Assembly: GCA_963798085.1 (NCBI GenBank)
Contig: CAWCRS010000012.1
Location: forward strand, 32,986 to 96,985
DNA: 64,000 bases
Direction of reading: 5' to 3'
Source of the DNA: an uncultured Gemmatimonadales bacterium
Lineage (GTDB): Bacteria > Gemmatimonadota > Gemmatimonadetes > Longimicrobiales > RSA9
The notes under the pieces are model-generated. The model was given only the letters and a program-made list of their open reading frames with translations, was not told where the DNA came from and made no database searches. A program made the position numbers and the translations under genes. Every line of letters starts with the position of its first letter. Position 1 is the first letter of the stretch. Shown piece after piece: positions 19,294 to 29,474 of this stretch.

Positions 19294-21960
19294 TCAATCG
19301 CCCCGGTGGCTGCCGCCTTCCAGCTGAAAGTAGTACGTGGCGCCCTGTTCCGGATCGACTTCGGCCCATACACGGCCGCCGTGACGCTGGACAATGCGCT
19401 GCACGAGCACGAGGCCGACCATGCCGCCGGCGGCATCGCCGGATGCGTCCAGTCGGGTGCCACCGGAGAATGCTTTTTCAATGCGGTGCCGGTCGTGGCC
19501 CTCGCCATTGTCGCGCACGAACAGGATCGCCGGCATTCCGTCCGTGCAGCCGATCTCAATGTGCGGTTGCGGCCGGCCGCGCGTGTGCGCCAGCGCGTTG
19601 GACAGCAGATCCATGTAGACCTGCCGGAGCAGTGCCGGGTCGGCGAACACGGTGGGCAGGCGGCCGATTTCCACCTCGACCCGCCGGCCATCCATCTCCG
19701 CGCGCAGGTCGGCCAGCGCGGCGCGCGCAATGTCCCCCGCCGGAACACGGCGCCGCTCGAGGGGCTGCCTTCCCACCCGCGCAAAAGCGAGCAGGTCCTC
19801 GGTGAGGCGGCCCATGTGCGAAGCCGCGGCATGGATGCGCTGGCCGGCAGCGTGCACGGCCGCCGGCAGCGCGGTTCCCACGTCTTCCCCCAGCTCACGC
19901 GCATAACCGTCGATGGCGTGCACGGCCGCGGCCAGTTCCCGCGACACGGACCAGGAGAACGACTCCAGCTCCGTGTTAGCCTCGCTCAGCGCCAGCGTAC
20001 GCTCGCTCACCCGTCGCTCCAGCTCCTGCTCGGACATCTTGCGCGCGGTGACGTCCACGCTGGAGCCGATATAGCCGAGGAACTCGCCACTCGGGTTGTA
20101 CCGCGGTGTGCCGTGATCGGTGATCCAGCGATAGGCGCCGTCATTTCGCAGCAGACGGTACTCGAGGACGAAATCCTCGCGTGCTTCGACGGCCCGGCTG
20201 TACGTGTCGAGGCAGTACTGCAGGTCCTCCGGGTGCACCCCACCCATCCAGCCGTTGCCCAGCTCCTGCTCGATCGAGCGGCCGCGGAATTCGAGCCAGC
20301 GCGCGTTGAAGAAGGTGCAGCTGCCCTCGGGTGTGGACGTGCGGATCATCACGGGCGCGGTGTCGGCGATGTGCTGGAACCTGGCCTCGCTCTCGCGCAG
20401 ACTGTGTTCCGCTCGCTGCCGCTCGGTAATGTCGCGCAGGTGGGCGGTGAACACGGGCTCGCCGTCGACGTGCGTCGCGGTGATGCCCAGCTCGATGGGA
20501 AACTCGCTGCCATCGGCGCGCATGCCTGTGAGTTCCAGCCGCTGTCCCAGGATGTGCGCCTCGCCGGTGGCGACGTAGCTGCCGAACCGCTCGTTGTGCG
20601 CGCCGCGCAGCTGAGGCGGGATGATCATCTCCGCGATGGGCCGCCCGATCACGTCCTGCCGGCGCCGGCCGAAGGTGCGTTCGGCGGCCGGATTGAATTC
20701 GGTGATGCAGCCACGGCGGTCCGCCGTGATAATGCAGTCGATGGCGCTTTCGATGATGGCGCTCTTGCGCGCTTCACTGTGGCGCAGGGCGTTGCGGGAA
20801 AGTTCGGAGAGGTGGCCCGCGTCCTCGGCCTGCAGGCGGGCCTCCGATTCGCGGTGTGTCATGCCGAACAGCAGCAGGCTGACGACCACACCGCCCACGG
20901 ACACGGCGGCCGCCAGGCGGCCTCGCCCGTACATGGCGTCAAAAGCGGGTCGCGAAGCAATGGTCACCAGCCAGCGGCGCCCCGGCATGGAAATGGTCCG
21001 GCGCGTTGCATACGTGGAGCGGTAGCCGTTGTCGGCGGCGGCACCCGGCGAGCGGTAAAGGAGCGCGTCGGCAACGGGAAGCGTGTCGTCGTATACGGAG
21101 AAATCGGCCCATTTCTCAGGGCCATCGCCGAAAATGGCGCTGAACAGGTCGTTAGCACGGAAGGGACCGTAGACGTAGCCCTGCAGGCTGTCCCGCCTGG
21201 CCTCGGGTGTCGACGGCAGGCCGCCGTTGCGATAGACGGGGACGTAGATGAGGAAGCCGGGCTGCCTTGGTTCGACCGTCTCCTGCACCAGCGTGACCGC
21301 GCCGGAAAGGGTGGGCATGCCCGTATCGCGAGCCCGTTCCATGGCCGCGCGGCGCACGGGCTGGGTGGACATGTCGTATCCGATTGCGGCCTGGTTGCGC
21401 GTATCAGGCGGCTCGAGATAGACGATGGCGTGGTACTCGGCGCGCGCCACCGAGTCGGGCCAGACATGGAAACCGGGCCAGGCATCGGCGCGCACGCTGC
21501 GGGTCAGTGAGTCGAGTGCGGCGGGCGCCACGCGTACGGAGTAGCCCACGCCCTGAATGCCGGGATACCACAGCATCAGACGCAGCCGTTTGACGTAGGC
21601 GTGGAACGCGGCACGGTCAATGTCGCCGCGACTGGCCAGCAGCGCGGCGCCGCCCCGCAGCATGGCAATGTGCGCTTCGATGCGCGTGACGATGCGGGTC
21701 TGGATCTGGTCGGCACTCTCGTCGAGGGAGCGCGCCGCCTCAATGCGGCGGCCCTGCGCGGCGTAGTACGAGACGAGAGTGGTCAGGCCGAGTGACGCGA
21801 CCAGTACGACCCAGGGCAGCCGCAGGCCTGCGCTCCGCAGTGCACCCGGCGGAGGCGCGGCCCGACCTTCTGCGCGTGACGGGTTTGCCCCGCGCCGGTG
21901 GCGAGGAGTCTCATCGGGGGGTTCAGGCGTTGACGCCAGTGCTTCGTTCTGCGGAGGCAA
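19294..21960 (-). CDS. CHASE-PAS-PAS sensor kinase-like protein with a degenerate kinase core
   Basis: TM-CHASE (YPGIQGVG, IVYLEP..RNQAAIGYDM)-TM, two PAS/PAC domains, HisKA/HATPase-like C-terminus with the H-box His replaced (SVSREL). Start uncertain. Confidence 0.88.
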   Translation of the reverse strand: MPPQNEALASTPEPPDETPRHRRGANPSRAEGRAAPPPGALRSAGLRLPWVVLVASLGLTTLVSYYAAQGRRIEAARSLDESADQIQTRIVTRIEAHIAMLRGGAALLASRGDIDRAAFHAYVKRLRLMLWYPGIQGVGYSVRVAPAALDSLTRSVRADAWPGFHVWPDSVARAEYHAIVYLEPPDTRNQAAIGYDMSTQPVRRAAMERARDTGMPTLSGAVTLVQETVEPRQPGFLIYVPVYRNGGLPSTPEARRDSLQGYVYGPFRANDLFSAIFGDGPEKWADFSVYDDTLPVADALLYRSPGAAADNGYRSTYATRRTISMPGRRWLVTIASRPAFDAMYGRGRLAAAVSVGGVVVSLLLFGMTHRESEARLQAEDAGHLSELSRNALRHSEARKSAIIESAIDCIITADRRGCITEFNPAAERTFGRRRQDVIGRPIAEMIIPPQLRGAHNERFGSYVATGEAHILGQRLELTGMRADGSEFPIELGITATHVDGEPVFTAHLRDITERQRAEHSLRESEARFQHIADTAPVMIRTSTPEGSCTFFNARWLEFRGRSIEQELGNGWMGGVHPEDLQYCLDTYSRAVEAREDFVLEYRLLRNDGAYRWITDHGTPRYNPSGEFLGYIGSSVDVTARKMSEQELERRVSERTLALSEANTELESFSWSVSRELAAAVHAIDGYARELGEDVGTALPAAVHAAGQRIHAAASHMGRLTEDLLAFARVGRQPLERRRVPAGDIARAALADLRAEMDGRRVEVEIGRLPTVFADPALLRQVYMDLLSNALAHTRGRPQPHIEIGCTDGMPAILFVRDNGEGHDRHRIEKAFSGGTRLDASGDAAGGMVGLVLVQRIVQRHGGRVWAEVDPEQGATYYFQLEGGSHRGD

Positions 21961-22088
21961 AGCTGGTTACAAGCGGCCGACGCCCACCTGGTGGATGCGA
22001 AACACGGTGTTGTCGAGAGAGTTTGCCCTGAGCGCATCATGCCGGGCGACGACGGGTGGCGCAAGGGCAGCGTCACCCCGAGTGGCTG

Positions 22089-22820
22089 CTACCAGGCCCC
22101 GCGTTCACCGAGGTGCGCAATGACACGCGCCAGACGGTCCGCCGCATTGCGCCAGTTGGAACGCACGGCGATCTGCGCACCTTCCGCGTCGGCGGTTTCA
22201 ATGGCGCGGATGGTGACGTCGTGCTCGCGCACCGACATGCCCATTTCCTCGACGAGCGCGCTGATGTACAGGCGGATATAGCGTTCGGACTGCGGCTTGA
22301 TGGCGTCGTGCAGCGCCATGACGCGCGCGCCGCCGCCCATTTCGACATACGTGCGGTGGAACCGCTGATCCAGGTCGAAGATGGCGCGCATGTCCGGCTC
22401 GGGACTGGAAGCCGCGGCCTCGAGCGTGTGATTGATGTCGTCGAGCGCGGTGACCAATGTCCTGCGGTCTTCGGGCGAGCGCTGCGCCGCCCGCCACGCC
22501 GCCAGCCCTTCGACTTCACCGACGATCTGGAACAGCTCGCGTGCATCCTCCTGCGTGAGCGGCGCGACGGCGAGGCGGGACTGGGCGCCCGTTCCGGCAG
22601 CGACCACATAGCCCTCCTGCTGCAGACGCTGGAGCGCGGCGCGCACCGGCGTGCGGCTCACACTCAGGCGAGTCGCTACATCGGCTTCAATGATGCGTGT
22701 GCCGGGCGCAATGCGGCCCCATACGATCAGCTCGCGGAGCTGCTCGAAGACGCGGGTGCCACGATCGGTGCCCGGTGAGCGCCTCGGGGGACGGCGTCCG
22801 GTTCCGGTTCGGCTGGCCAT
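22089..22820 (-). CDS. GntR/FCD-family transcriptional regulator
   Basis: LRELIVWGRIAPGTRIIE..VATRLSVSRTPVRAALQRLQQEG winged HTH. FCD-like DQRFH and EH motifs. Confidence 0.93.
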   Translation of the reverse strand: MASRTGTGRRPPRRSPGTDRGTRVFEQLRELIVWGRIAPGTRIIEADVATRLSVSRTPVRAALQRLQQEGYVVAAGTGAQSRLAVAPLTQEDARELFQIVGEVEGLAAWRAAQRSPEDRRTLVTALDDINHTLEAAASSPEPDMRAIFDLDQRFHRTYVEMGGGARVMALHDAIKPQSERYIRLYISALVEEMGMSVREHDVTIRAIETADAEGAQIAVRSNWRNAADRLARVIAHLGERGAW

Positions 22821-22894
22821 GCGTTCCACTCCCGGGTCAGAATGTCAATGGCGGCATCACCAGCGGCGTACGCTGCCCCGCGTTCGGCGCAGCC

Positions 22895-23635
22895 CTACCA
22901 GAATGCCACGCTCGCCCAGGCGCTCGATCACCTGGGTGAGCCGATCGCCCGCGTTACGCCAGTTGGTCAATACGGACTCCTTCGCCAGCGGCGTGTTGCC
23001 ACTGGCAATGGCGCGCACGATGACCTCGTGGTCTTCCACCGACTTGTGGATCTCGTCGATGAGCGAGCTGATGTAGAGTCGTACATAGCGCTCGGCCTGC
23101 GGCTTGACCGCCTGGTGCAGCGCGCGCAGCCGCGGGCCGGCCCCCGCTTCCATGAAGCAGCAATGAAACGCCTGGTCGAGATCGAAAATGACGTGCGGAT
23201 CGGGCTCGCGCTGGCGCGTGGTGCGCCCCAGCTCGGCATTGATCGCGCGCAGTGCATCACTCACGCGGGCACGCTCCGCCTCCGGCCGTTCCGCCGCCCA
23301 TCTCGCCGCCAGTGCTTCGACTTCGGAAACAATGGCGAACAGCTCGCGCGCATCATCGATCGTGAGCGGCGCAATCGACAGACGCGTCTGCTGCCCGTTG
23401 TCTGCCGCCACAATGTAGCCTTCCTGGAGCAGGCGCTGCAAGGCGCTGCGTACGGGCGTGCGGCTGACGCCGAGACGCGTCGCGATATCCGTCTCGATGA
23501 TGCGCGAGCCGGGCGCCAGCTTGCCCGAATGATCAGCTCGCGCAGCTGCAGGTATGCCTGCACCACGCGATCGCCGCGCTGTCGCTGTGCGCCGCCATTG
23601 CGCTTCCCTCGCGCGCGACCGGACTTGCCTTTCAT
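22895..23635 (-). CDS. Second GntR/FCD regulator (paralog), two single-base indels in this sequence
   Basis: N-terminus MKGKSGR...LRELII switches frame at about 23528 into SGKLAPGSRIIETDIATRLGVSRTPVRSALQ. An extra base at about 22902 hides the GIW* end that matches the paralog's GAW*. Confidence 0.85.
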
Positions 23636-24133
23636 CAGACCCGCTCTCCCCTGCCTTTTCGCTGTGGATCGCTGGTGCACGGCCATCCGCGTGTGCCTCC
23701 ATCGAAAACGCTGAAACTCCATGCCATGGACGGCCGTGAAGGCATCGTTGCGCCCGCCGCCGGGTGATCGGGCGCGCACGGCGCCCGCCTGCGATTCGGC
23801 GCTGCCTGGGCACGAATTCGCTTGTGCCGCCTCTTGCCGGCGGCTCTGAGCGCACGCGGACAACCCGCGGGGATGACCCCTTGCGCACGACCGGCGGCAG
23901 GGACCTCGTGCCTGCCGGCGGGGAGAGGCCAGCGGGCGCAGGGTTGCCTCCGGTGTGCAGAAACAGACATGCTAGCAACTAACGCGGCCGTAGGGCAACC
24001 ATGGACCCCTCCGGCCGGTGCAGCGCCGGCGGCGGAAGGGACGGTAGACTGAAATCCCGTCGTCGCTTAACACTGTGCGCCCAGTGGGCGTCTCTTGCAT
24101 CAGATCATTGCCACAGACACGGGCCGGTAGAGC

Positions 24134-26017
24134 ATGGTGACAAGAAACGGGCACGTTTACCTGGACGCGCGCATGCTCCTTGGCGCTCTGGTGGCCGCAC
24201 TGCTGCCTGCCAGTGCGCTCGCGCAGAAGCCGGCGCCCTCGCCGCAGGACACGGTGGCGGCGCTCCAGCTGCTCAGGCGGGCCACGTTCGGCGTACGGCC
24301 GGAGGATCTGACGCAGGTGCTGGAGCAGGGACGGGCCGCGTGGCTCGACCGGCAGCTGCACCCGGACCGCGTCCATGACGACGACCTGAGCGACCGGCTC
24401 GATCCCTTCCCTGCGGCAGCTGCGCCCATCATGCAGCTGGTTCGCCAGTACACGCCTCCAAGGCCGCCGCCGGCGCCTGGCGATTCCATGGGCAGGCGGC
24501 AGCTGACACCGGACGAGCAACGCATGCGCGCGGAGCAGAACCCGCAGCGCATCCTGTTCGACATGGTGGGCGCCAAGCTGGTGCGCGCGGTATGGTCCGA
24601 GCGCCAGCTGGAAGAGGTGATGACCGATTTCTGGTTCAATCACTTCAACGTGTATTTCCTGAAGGGGCAGGATCGCTACCTCGTCAGCGACTACGAACGC
24701 ACGGCCATCCGGCCGCACGTGTTCGGCAGGTTCGAGGACATGCTGCGCGCCACGGCGCAGCATCCCGCCATGCTGTTCTACCTGGACAACTGGACCAGTT
24801 CGGCGCCGGACAGCAATGCGCAGGATGGGCGAGGCCGGGAGCAGCGGGAGCAGCTGCTCGAGCGGCTGCGCAGCATGTCCCCCGAGCAGCGCGCGCAGCT
24901 CGTGCGCAACGGCCGCATCACGCAGCAGCAGCTGGACCGCCTGGAGCAGAGCAACTTCCAGCTGCCGCCGCAGCGCGAGCGTGGCATCAACGAGAACTAT
25001 GCGCGCGAGCTGATGGAGCTGCACACGCTGGGCGTGGACGGCGGCTACACGCAGGATGACGTGATCAACGTGGCGCGCGCGTTCACCGGCTGGACCTTCC
25101 AGGCGGGCGCATTGCGCGCGGGTGGTCCCGGCGCGGCGGGAATGCGGCCGAACGGCCGGCCCGGTCTGCGGGGCGGGCGCGCCGGCCTGGGCGGACGTGG
25201 CCGCCGGGCGCTGCCGCCCATGGGCGGTCCCGACATGATGATGGGCCCGCCGGCCGATGCCGGCTTCGTGTTCCGCCCCGAGCTGCACGACCGGGGTGAG
25301 AAACTGGTGTTAGGAAAGAAGCTGAAGGCGGGACGCGGCATGGAGGACGGCGAGGATGTACTGCACCTGCTGGCGACGCAGCCGGCCACGGCGAAGCACA
25401 TTGCCGGCGAAATGATCCAGTGGTTCGTGTCGGACACGCCGGATCCGGCCTTCGTGGATGAGCTGGCCGCGGTGTTCACGAAGACCAATGGCGACCTGCG
25501 CGAGGTGACGCGGGCGCTGTTCACTTCGCCGCGCTTCTACGACGCGAAGAACGTGAACGCGAAGATCAAGTCGCCTTTCGAACTGGTGGCCAGTGCATTG
25601 CGCGTGACCCGCTCGGACGTGGGGCCCTCGCGCGCGCTGGCGGGCATGCTGCGCAACCTGGGCGAGCTGCCCTACGGCGAGATCGCGCCCACGGGCTATC
25701 CGGGCGCTTCGCAGGAATGGGTGAACAGCGGGTCCATGCTGAACCGCATGAATTTCGCGCTGGGTCTGGCATCAGGGCGCATGGATGGCGTGCGTCCCAG
25801 CTACTCGCGCATCGGGCTGCGGCCCGGCAGCGACCCTGACGCGGTGTTAGGGGACATGCTGGCCGCCCTCATGCCGGGCGTGCGCACGGACGCGCTGGCT
25901 GCGGACATCCGCGCCGATCTGGCGCAGCAGGCGGCCAATCCCAATGCCACCCCGCGCATGCTGGCGGGCCGGGCCCTGGCCCTGGCGCTGGGGTCCTCCG
26001 AATTCCAGCGTCGCTGA
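24134..26017 (+). CDS. DUF1800-family protein
   Basis: LRRATFG, RQLEEVMTDFWFNHFNV, PAMLFYLDN, NENYARELMELHTLGVDGGYTQ.DV, KIKSPFE, S.EFQRR. Confidence 0.93.
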   Translation: MVTRNGHVYLDARMLLGALVAALLPASALAQKPAPSPQDTVAALQLLRRATFGVRPEDLTQVLEQGRAAWLDRQLHPDRVHDDDLSDRLDPFPAAAAPIMQLVRQYTPPRPPPAPGDSMGRRQLTPDEQRMRAEQNPQRILFDMVGAKLVRAVWSERQLEEVMTDFWFNHFNVYFLKGQDRYLVSDYERTAIRPHVFGRFEDMLRATAQHPAMLFYLDNWTSSAPDSNAQDGRGREQREQLLERLRSMSPEQRAQLVRNGRITQQQLDRLEQSNFQLPPQRERGINENYARELMELHTLGVDGGYTQDDVINVARAFTGWTFQAGALRAGGPGAAGMRPNGRPGLRGGRAGLGGRGRRALPPMGGPDMMMGPPADAGFVFRPELHDRGEKLVLGKKLKAGRGMEDGEDVLHLLATQPATAKHIAGEMIQWFVSDTPDPAFVDELAAVFTKTNGDLREVTRALFTSPRFYDAKNVNAKIKSPFELVASALRVTRSDVGPSRALAGMLRNLGELPYGEIAPTGYPGASQEWVNSGSMLNRMNFALGLASGRMDGVRPSYSRIGLRPGSDPDAVLGDMLAALMPGVRTDALAADIRADLAQQAANPNATPRMLAGRALALALGSSEFQRR

Positions 26018-26038
26018 CGCTTCAACGGGAGTCAGAAG

Positions 26039-27379
26039 ATGGGTTCGATCTCTCGCCGTGTCTTCTTCCGCAGCGGCTCGCTGGCGCTGCTGGCGCTGGG
26101 CATGCCCCCGCGTTTCCTGGAACGCTCGCTGCTCGCAGAAACACGCGCCGCGGCGCGCAAGAAGACACTGATCTGCATTTTCCAGCGGGGCGCAGTGGAC
26201 GGTCTCAACATGGTGGTGCCGTACGGCGAGAAGGCGTACTACGCGCGCCGCCGTTCCATCGCGGTGCCGGCACCACGGTCCGGCGGCAATGGCGCGGTCG
26301 ACCTGGACGGGTTCTTCGGACTGCACCCCGCGCTGGCGCCGGTGCACGACCTCTTTGCGCGCAAGGAGCTGGCGATCGTGCATGCGGTGGGCTCACCGAA
26401 TCCGACGCGCTCGCATTTTGACGCGCAAGACTTCATGGAAACCGCTGCGCCGGGCATGAAGGCGACGCGCGACGGCTGGCTGAACCGCGTGCTCAGCCAC
26501 ACCGGCGCGGGCTGCAGCTGCGGCACGGACGGGCGCACACTGGCGGACCCGCAGGCGCACGCCGCCGATCACGCGGCGGGCCAGGTCGCCATGGCGACAT
26601 CGGCCAATGAGACGCTGCGCGGTGTTGCCATGGGCGCGGCGCTGCCGGTTTCGCTGCGCGGCCCGCACCCGGCGCTGGCCATCGACGACCTGTCGCGCTT
26701 CGGTGTGGCGGGCGGCCGCGATCCTTCGCTGGAGAGCGCGTTCCAGCGGCAGTACCACGAGGGCGGCGACCTGATCAGCAGTGCGGCGGACGAGGCGTTC
26801 GAGGCGATCCGCATTCTGAAGGCGGCGAATCTTTCGCAGTACCAGCCCGCGGCGGGCGTGCAGTATCCGCCGGGCGATTTCGGTCGCTCGCTCAGCCAGA
26901 TCGCGCAGCTGATCAAGTCGGGCGTGGGCGTCGAGATCGCGTTCGCGGACATAGGCGGCTGGGACACGCACCAGGCGCAGGGCGGCGCGGACGGACAGCT
27001 GGCGCGGCGTCTCGAGGAGCTGGGCCGGGGACTGCGCGCGCTCTACGACGACCTGGGCGACCGCATGGATGATGTGGTGCTGCTGACCATGTCCGAGTTC
27101 GGCCGCACGGTGGCGGAGAACGGCTCGGGTGGCACGGACCACGGCCACGCCAACTGCATGCTGGTGATGGGCGGCAGTGTGCGCGGCGGGAAGGTGCTGG
27201 GCGAGTGGCCGGGCCTCGAGCCGGAGCAGCTCTACGAGGGCCGCGATCTGGCGCTGACCACGGATTTCCGCGACGTGTTCGCCGAGATCGTGGCGAGGCA
27301 CCTGGGGACGGCGCAGCTGGCCGAGGTCTTCCCCGGGCACACGGTGGACGAGAAGAAGTTCCGCGGACTGCTGGGCTGA
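26039..27379 (+). CDS. DUF1501-family protein (Tat signal)
   Basis: SRRVFFR Tat motif. FQRGAVDGLN, RSHFDAQD, GGWDTH, SEFGRT..ENGSGGTDHG, DFRDV. Confidence 0.93.
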   Translation: MGSISRRVFFRSGSLALLALGMPPRFLERSLLAETRAAARKKTLICIFQRGAVDGLNMVVPYGEKAYYARRRSIAVPAPRSGGNGAVDLDGFFGLHPALAPVHDLFARKELAIVHAVGSPNPTRSHFDAQDFMETAAPGMKATRDGWLNRVLSHTGAGCSCGTDGRTLADPQAHAADHAAGQVAMATSANETLRGVAMGAALPVSLRGPHPALAIDDLSRFGVAGGRDPSLESAFQRQYHEGGDLISSAADEAFEAIRILKAANLSQYQPAAGVQYPPGDFGRSLSQIAQLIKSGVGVEIAFADIGGWDTHQAQGGADGQLARRLEELGRGLRALYDDLGDRMDDVVLLTMSEFGRTVAENGSGGTDHGHANCMLVMGGSVRGGKVLGEWPGLEPEQLYEGRDLALTTDFRDVFAEIVARHLGTAQLAEVFPGHTVDEKKFRGLLG

Positions 27380-27401
27380 CAGCCTGTCAGGTCCGCAGGC
27401 G

Positions 27402-27437
27402 AGAGGGCCGCCCGGCGCTGCGCCGCGGCGGCCCTCT
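27402..27437. terminator. Hairpin between convergent genes
   Basis: AGAGGGCCGCC-CGGCG-ctg-CGCCG-c-GGCGGCCCTCT forms a 16-bp stem with one bulge. Confidence 0.55.
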
Positions 27438-27460
27438 GCGCGTCTGTTCCAAACAACTCG

Positions 27461-28778
27461 TTAGCGGGGCACGGTCACGTGGTAGCGGACAATGTGCTCG
27501 ACGTCCAGCGAATCGCGGCTGAGCGCCCAGATGGTATCACCGCGAATCACCGGGCGCGGATAGGTGGAGAAGCCGCGGGGGGCGTGCACCATGCCCACGT
27601 AGTGGCCGTCGGGCTGGAACACGTCGAAAGCGACCGGCTCGCGGTAGCGTGGCTGCCGGGGCGGCGGCGGGCCGTTGCCAGTTCTCGCGCGCGGTTCCGC
27701 ATCGAGTTCCGCAGCGGGGATGCGCTCACCGGGCTGTGACAGCTGCACCCAAATGCGCCCATCCTCGGCGACGAGCAGCGATATGTAGGGCGGCTTGGTG
27801 TCCGGAATGCCCGGTCCGTTCCATTTCCAGTCCGGCACCATGCTGCGCATGTTCGCGGTGGCGCTGTTCTCGGCATCCGCCTTCTCGTCCGCACTCACCG
27901 GCACGAGGTCCAGGACGCGTTCGAATGCGACGGGGGTGGCTGCCGTCCATGAGCTGAATCGAGTACAATGTGCTGACGCCGCCCACGAAGTAGCCGAGCG
28001 GGCTGAACGTCCATTGCGCGGCCGGGCTGAAGGGCACGTTGTTGACCATGGTCGACGTGTTCTTGCCGGTCCGGTCCGATTTCTGGGCGCTGATCTCCGG
28101 CGCGTCGTAGTGCCAGTCGGGCACGGGAATGGTGTCCAGCGCCTGGCCGGCTGGCGAGTACTTCACCAGCGACGTCTTCCAGGGTGGCTTGCTGCCGAAG
28201 TCGATCGACGGGCTGTACGCGAATCCGGCGGTATCGACGAACATGGGTGTGGAGGTCTGGAAGCCGCCGCGATAGCGCCACTCGCCGCGCGGCTCGCCCT
28301 CGGGCGACCACAGCTGGAAGCGCGCATTGCCCTGGTCGCGCAGCACGATGCTGCCATCGTGCAGGATGGCCATGCCGCCGTCGGATGACTTGTACTCGCC
28401 CGGCCCCCCGCCCTGATGGCCGATCGTCATCACGTACCTGCCCTCACGATCGTACTTGCGGAGCGCCGGCACCTGCGCGTCGTACACGTAGATGAAGCCC
28501 TCACGGTCGACGACCATGCCGCGGATGTCGCCGAGCAGGTACTGGTCGTCGCCTTCCATTACGCCGATCGCCATGTCCTGCGTGAGGGAAACCGGTCCGG
28601 GCCATACGCCACCGGAGACGGTGCGCACCACCACCGTATCGCCCACCGTGTCGACCTGCGCCTCCCACTGCGAGGCGGCGCCCGCCTTTTCGGTGCACGC
28701 GTACCCGAGGCCTGCGGCGAGGACAGTGAGGGTGGCGAGGACGGCGGAAGAGGAGGGGCGAGAGGGTCGGGGTGGCAT
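27461..28778 (-). CDS. 6-bladed beta-propeller lipoprotein-like protein, one indel at about 27925
   Basis: Signal ending GYAC. IG..GGGPGEY and FDVFQPDGHYVG motifs. ORFs 27726..28778 and 27461..27904 join as RIERVLDLVPV when one base is removed. Confidence 0.82.
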
Positions 28779-28860
28779 CGCTCATCTCCGGGTTCGGGGC
28801 GGGGACGGGGGGCAACCTATTGGTCACCGGTGGTGGCGGCAATGGTTGCGGGGGCGCGCG

Positions 28861-29146
28861 ATCACCGCGCGCGAGGACACGGAGGACGGTGGGGGGTCGG
28901 AGGACAGATTTACGGAATATCACACAGAGGTTCACGGAGGATCGGGGGGCTCAGAGGACGGATTTACGGATCTATCACACAGAGGTTCACGGAGGGTCGG
29001 GGGGCTCAGAGGACGGATTTACACTTACACCGGGATCTATCACACAGAGGTTCACGGAGGATCGGGGGGCTCAGAGGACGGATTTACAGATCTATCACAC
29101 AGAGGTTTAACGGAGGGTCACGGGGGGTTCAGAGGACGGATGACGG
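28861..29146 (+). repeat. Tandem array of about 55-bp purine-rich units (CACACAGAGGTTCACGGAGGATCGGGGGGCTCAGAGGACGGATTTACGGATCTAT)
   Basis: CACACAGAGG starts at 28921, 28976, 29041 and 29096 (periods 55, 65, 55), plus a degenerate first unit from 28861. Confidence 0.92.
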
Positions 29147-29474
29147 AACGGCGGGAGGATCGGAAACTGTGCAACATTTTGTTAGGTGAATTACTGAACG
29201 CGTGACCTGGAACTCAGGGATGGGTTGCGTTGAATCCGTTGAAAAATGACTTATCTGGTGGCACGATGCTCCGTCGGGACGCTCGACCCTCCTCCGCTCG
29301 ATCCGTACGACCGTGTGAGAATTGGGTGCATTGCCTGAGGGAAGCCCTGATGCAGAAACAGCGCCCCTCCGATGCCCCTGTGCGCCCTGTGTGAGAGAAT
29401 CCGTTCTCTGCGTCGTCTCCGTCTTCCGCCCAACCTCCAGCAGCCGGTTGCCGGTGCCGCGCACCTCCGGGTCC

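Noticed and set aside
23640..24130. Riboswitch or ncRNA in the 500-bp GntR/DUF1800 divergent gap
   Set aside because: I could not identify any recognisable aptamer consensus or terminator by eye. An Rfam scan would be needed.
28861..29146. CRISPR array or repeat-protein ORFs (28492..29205, 28772..29110)
   Set aside because: There are no unique spacers. The 55/65-bp periods are not multiples of 3, so the ORFs are frame-rotating by-products of the DNA repeat.
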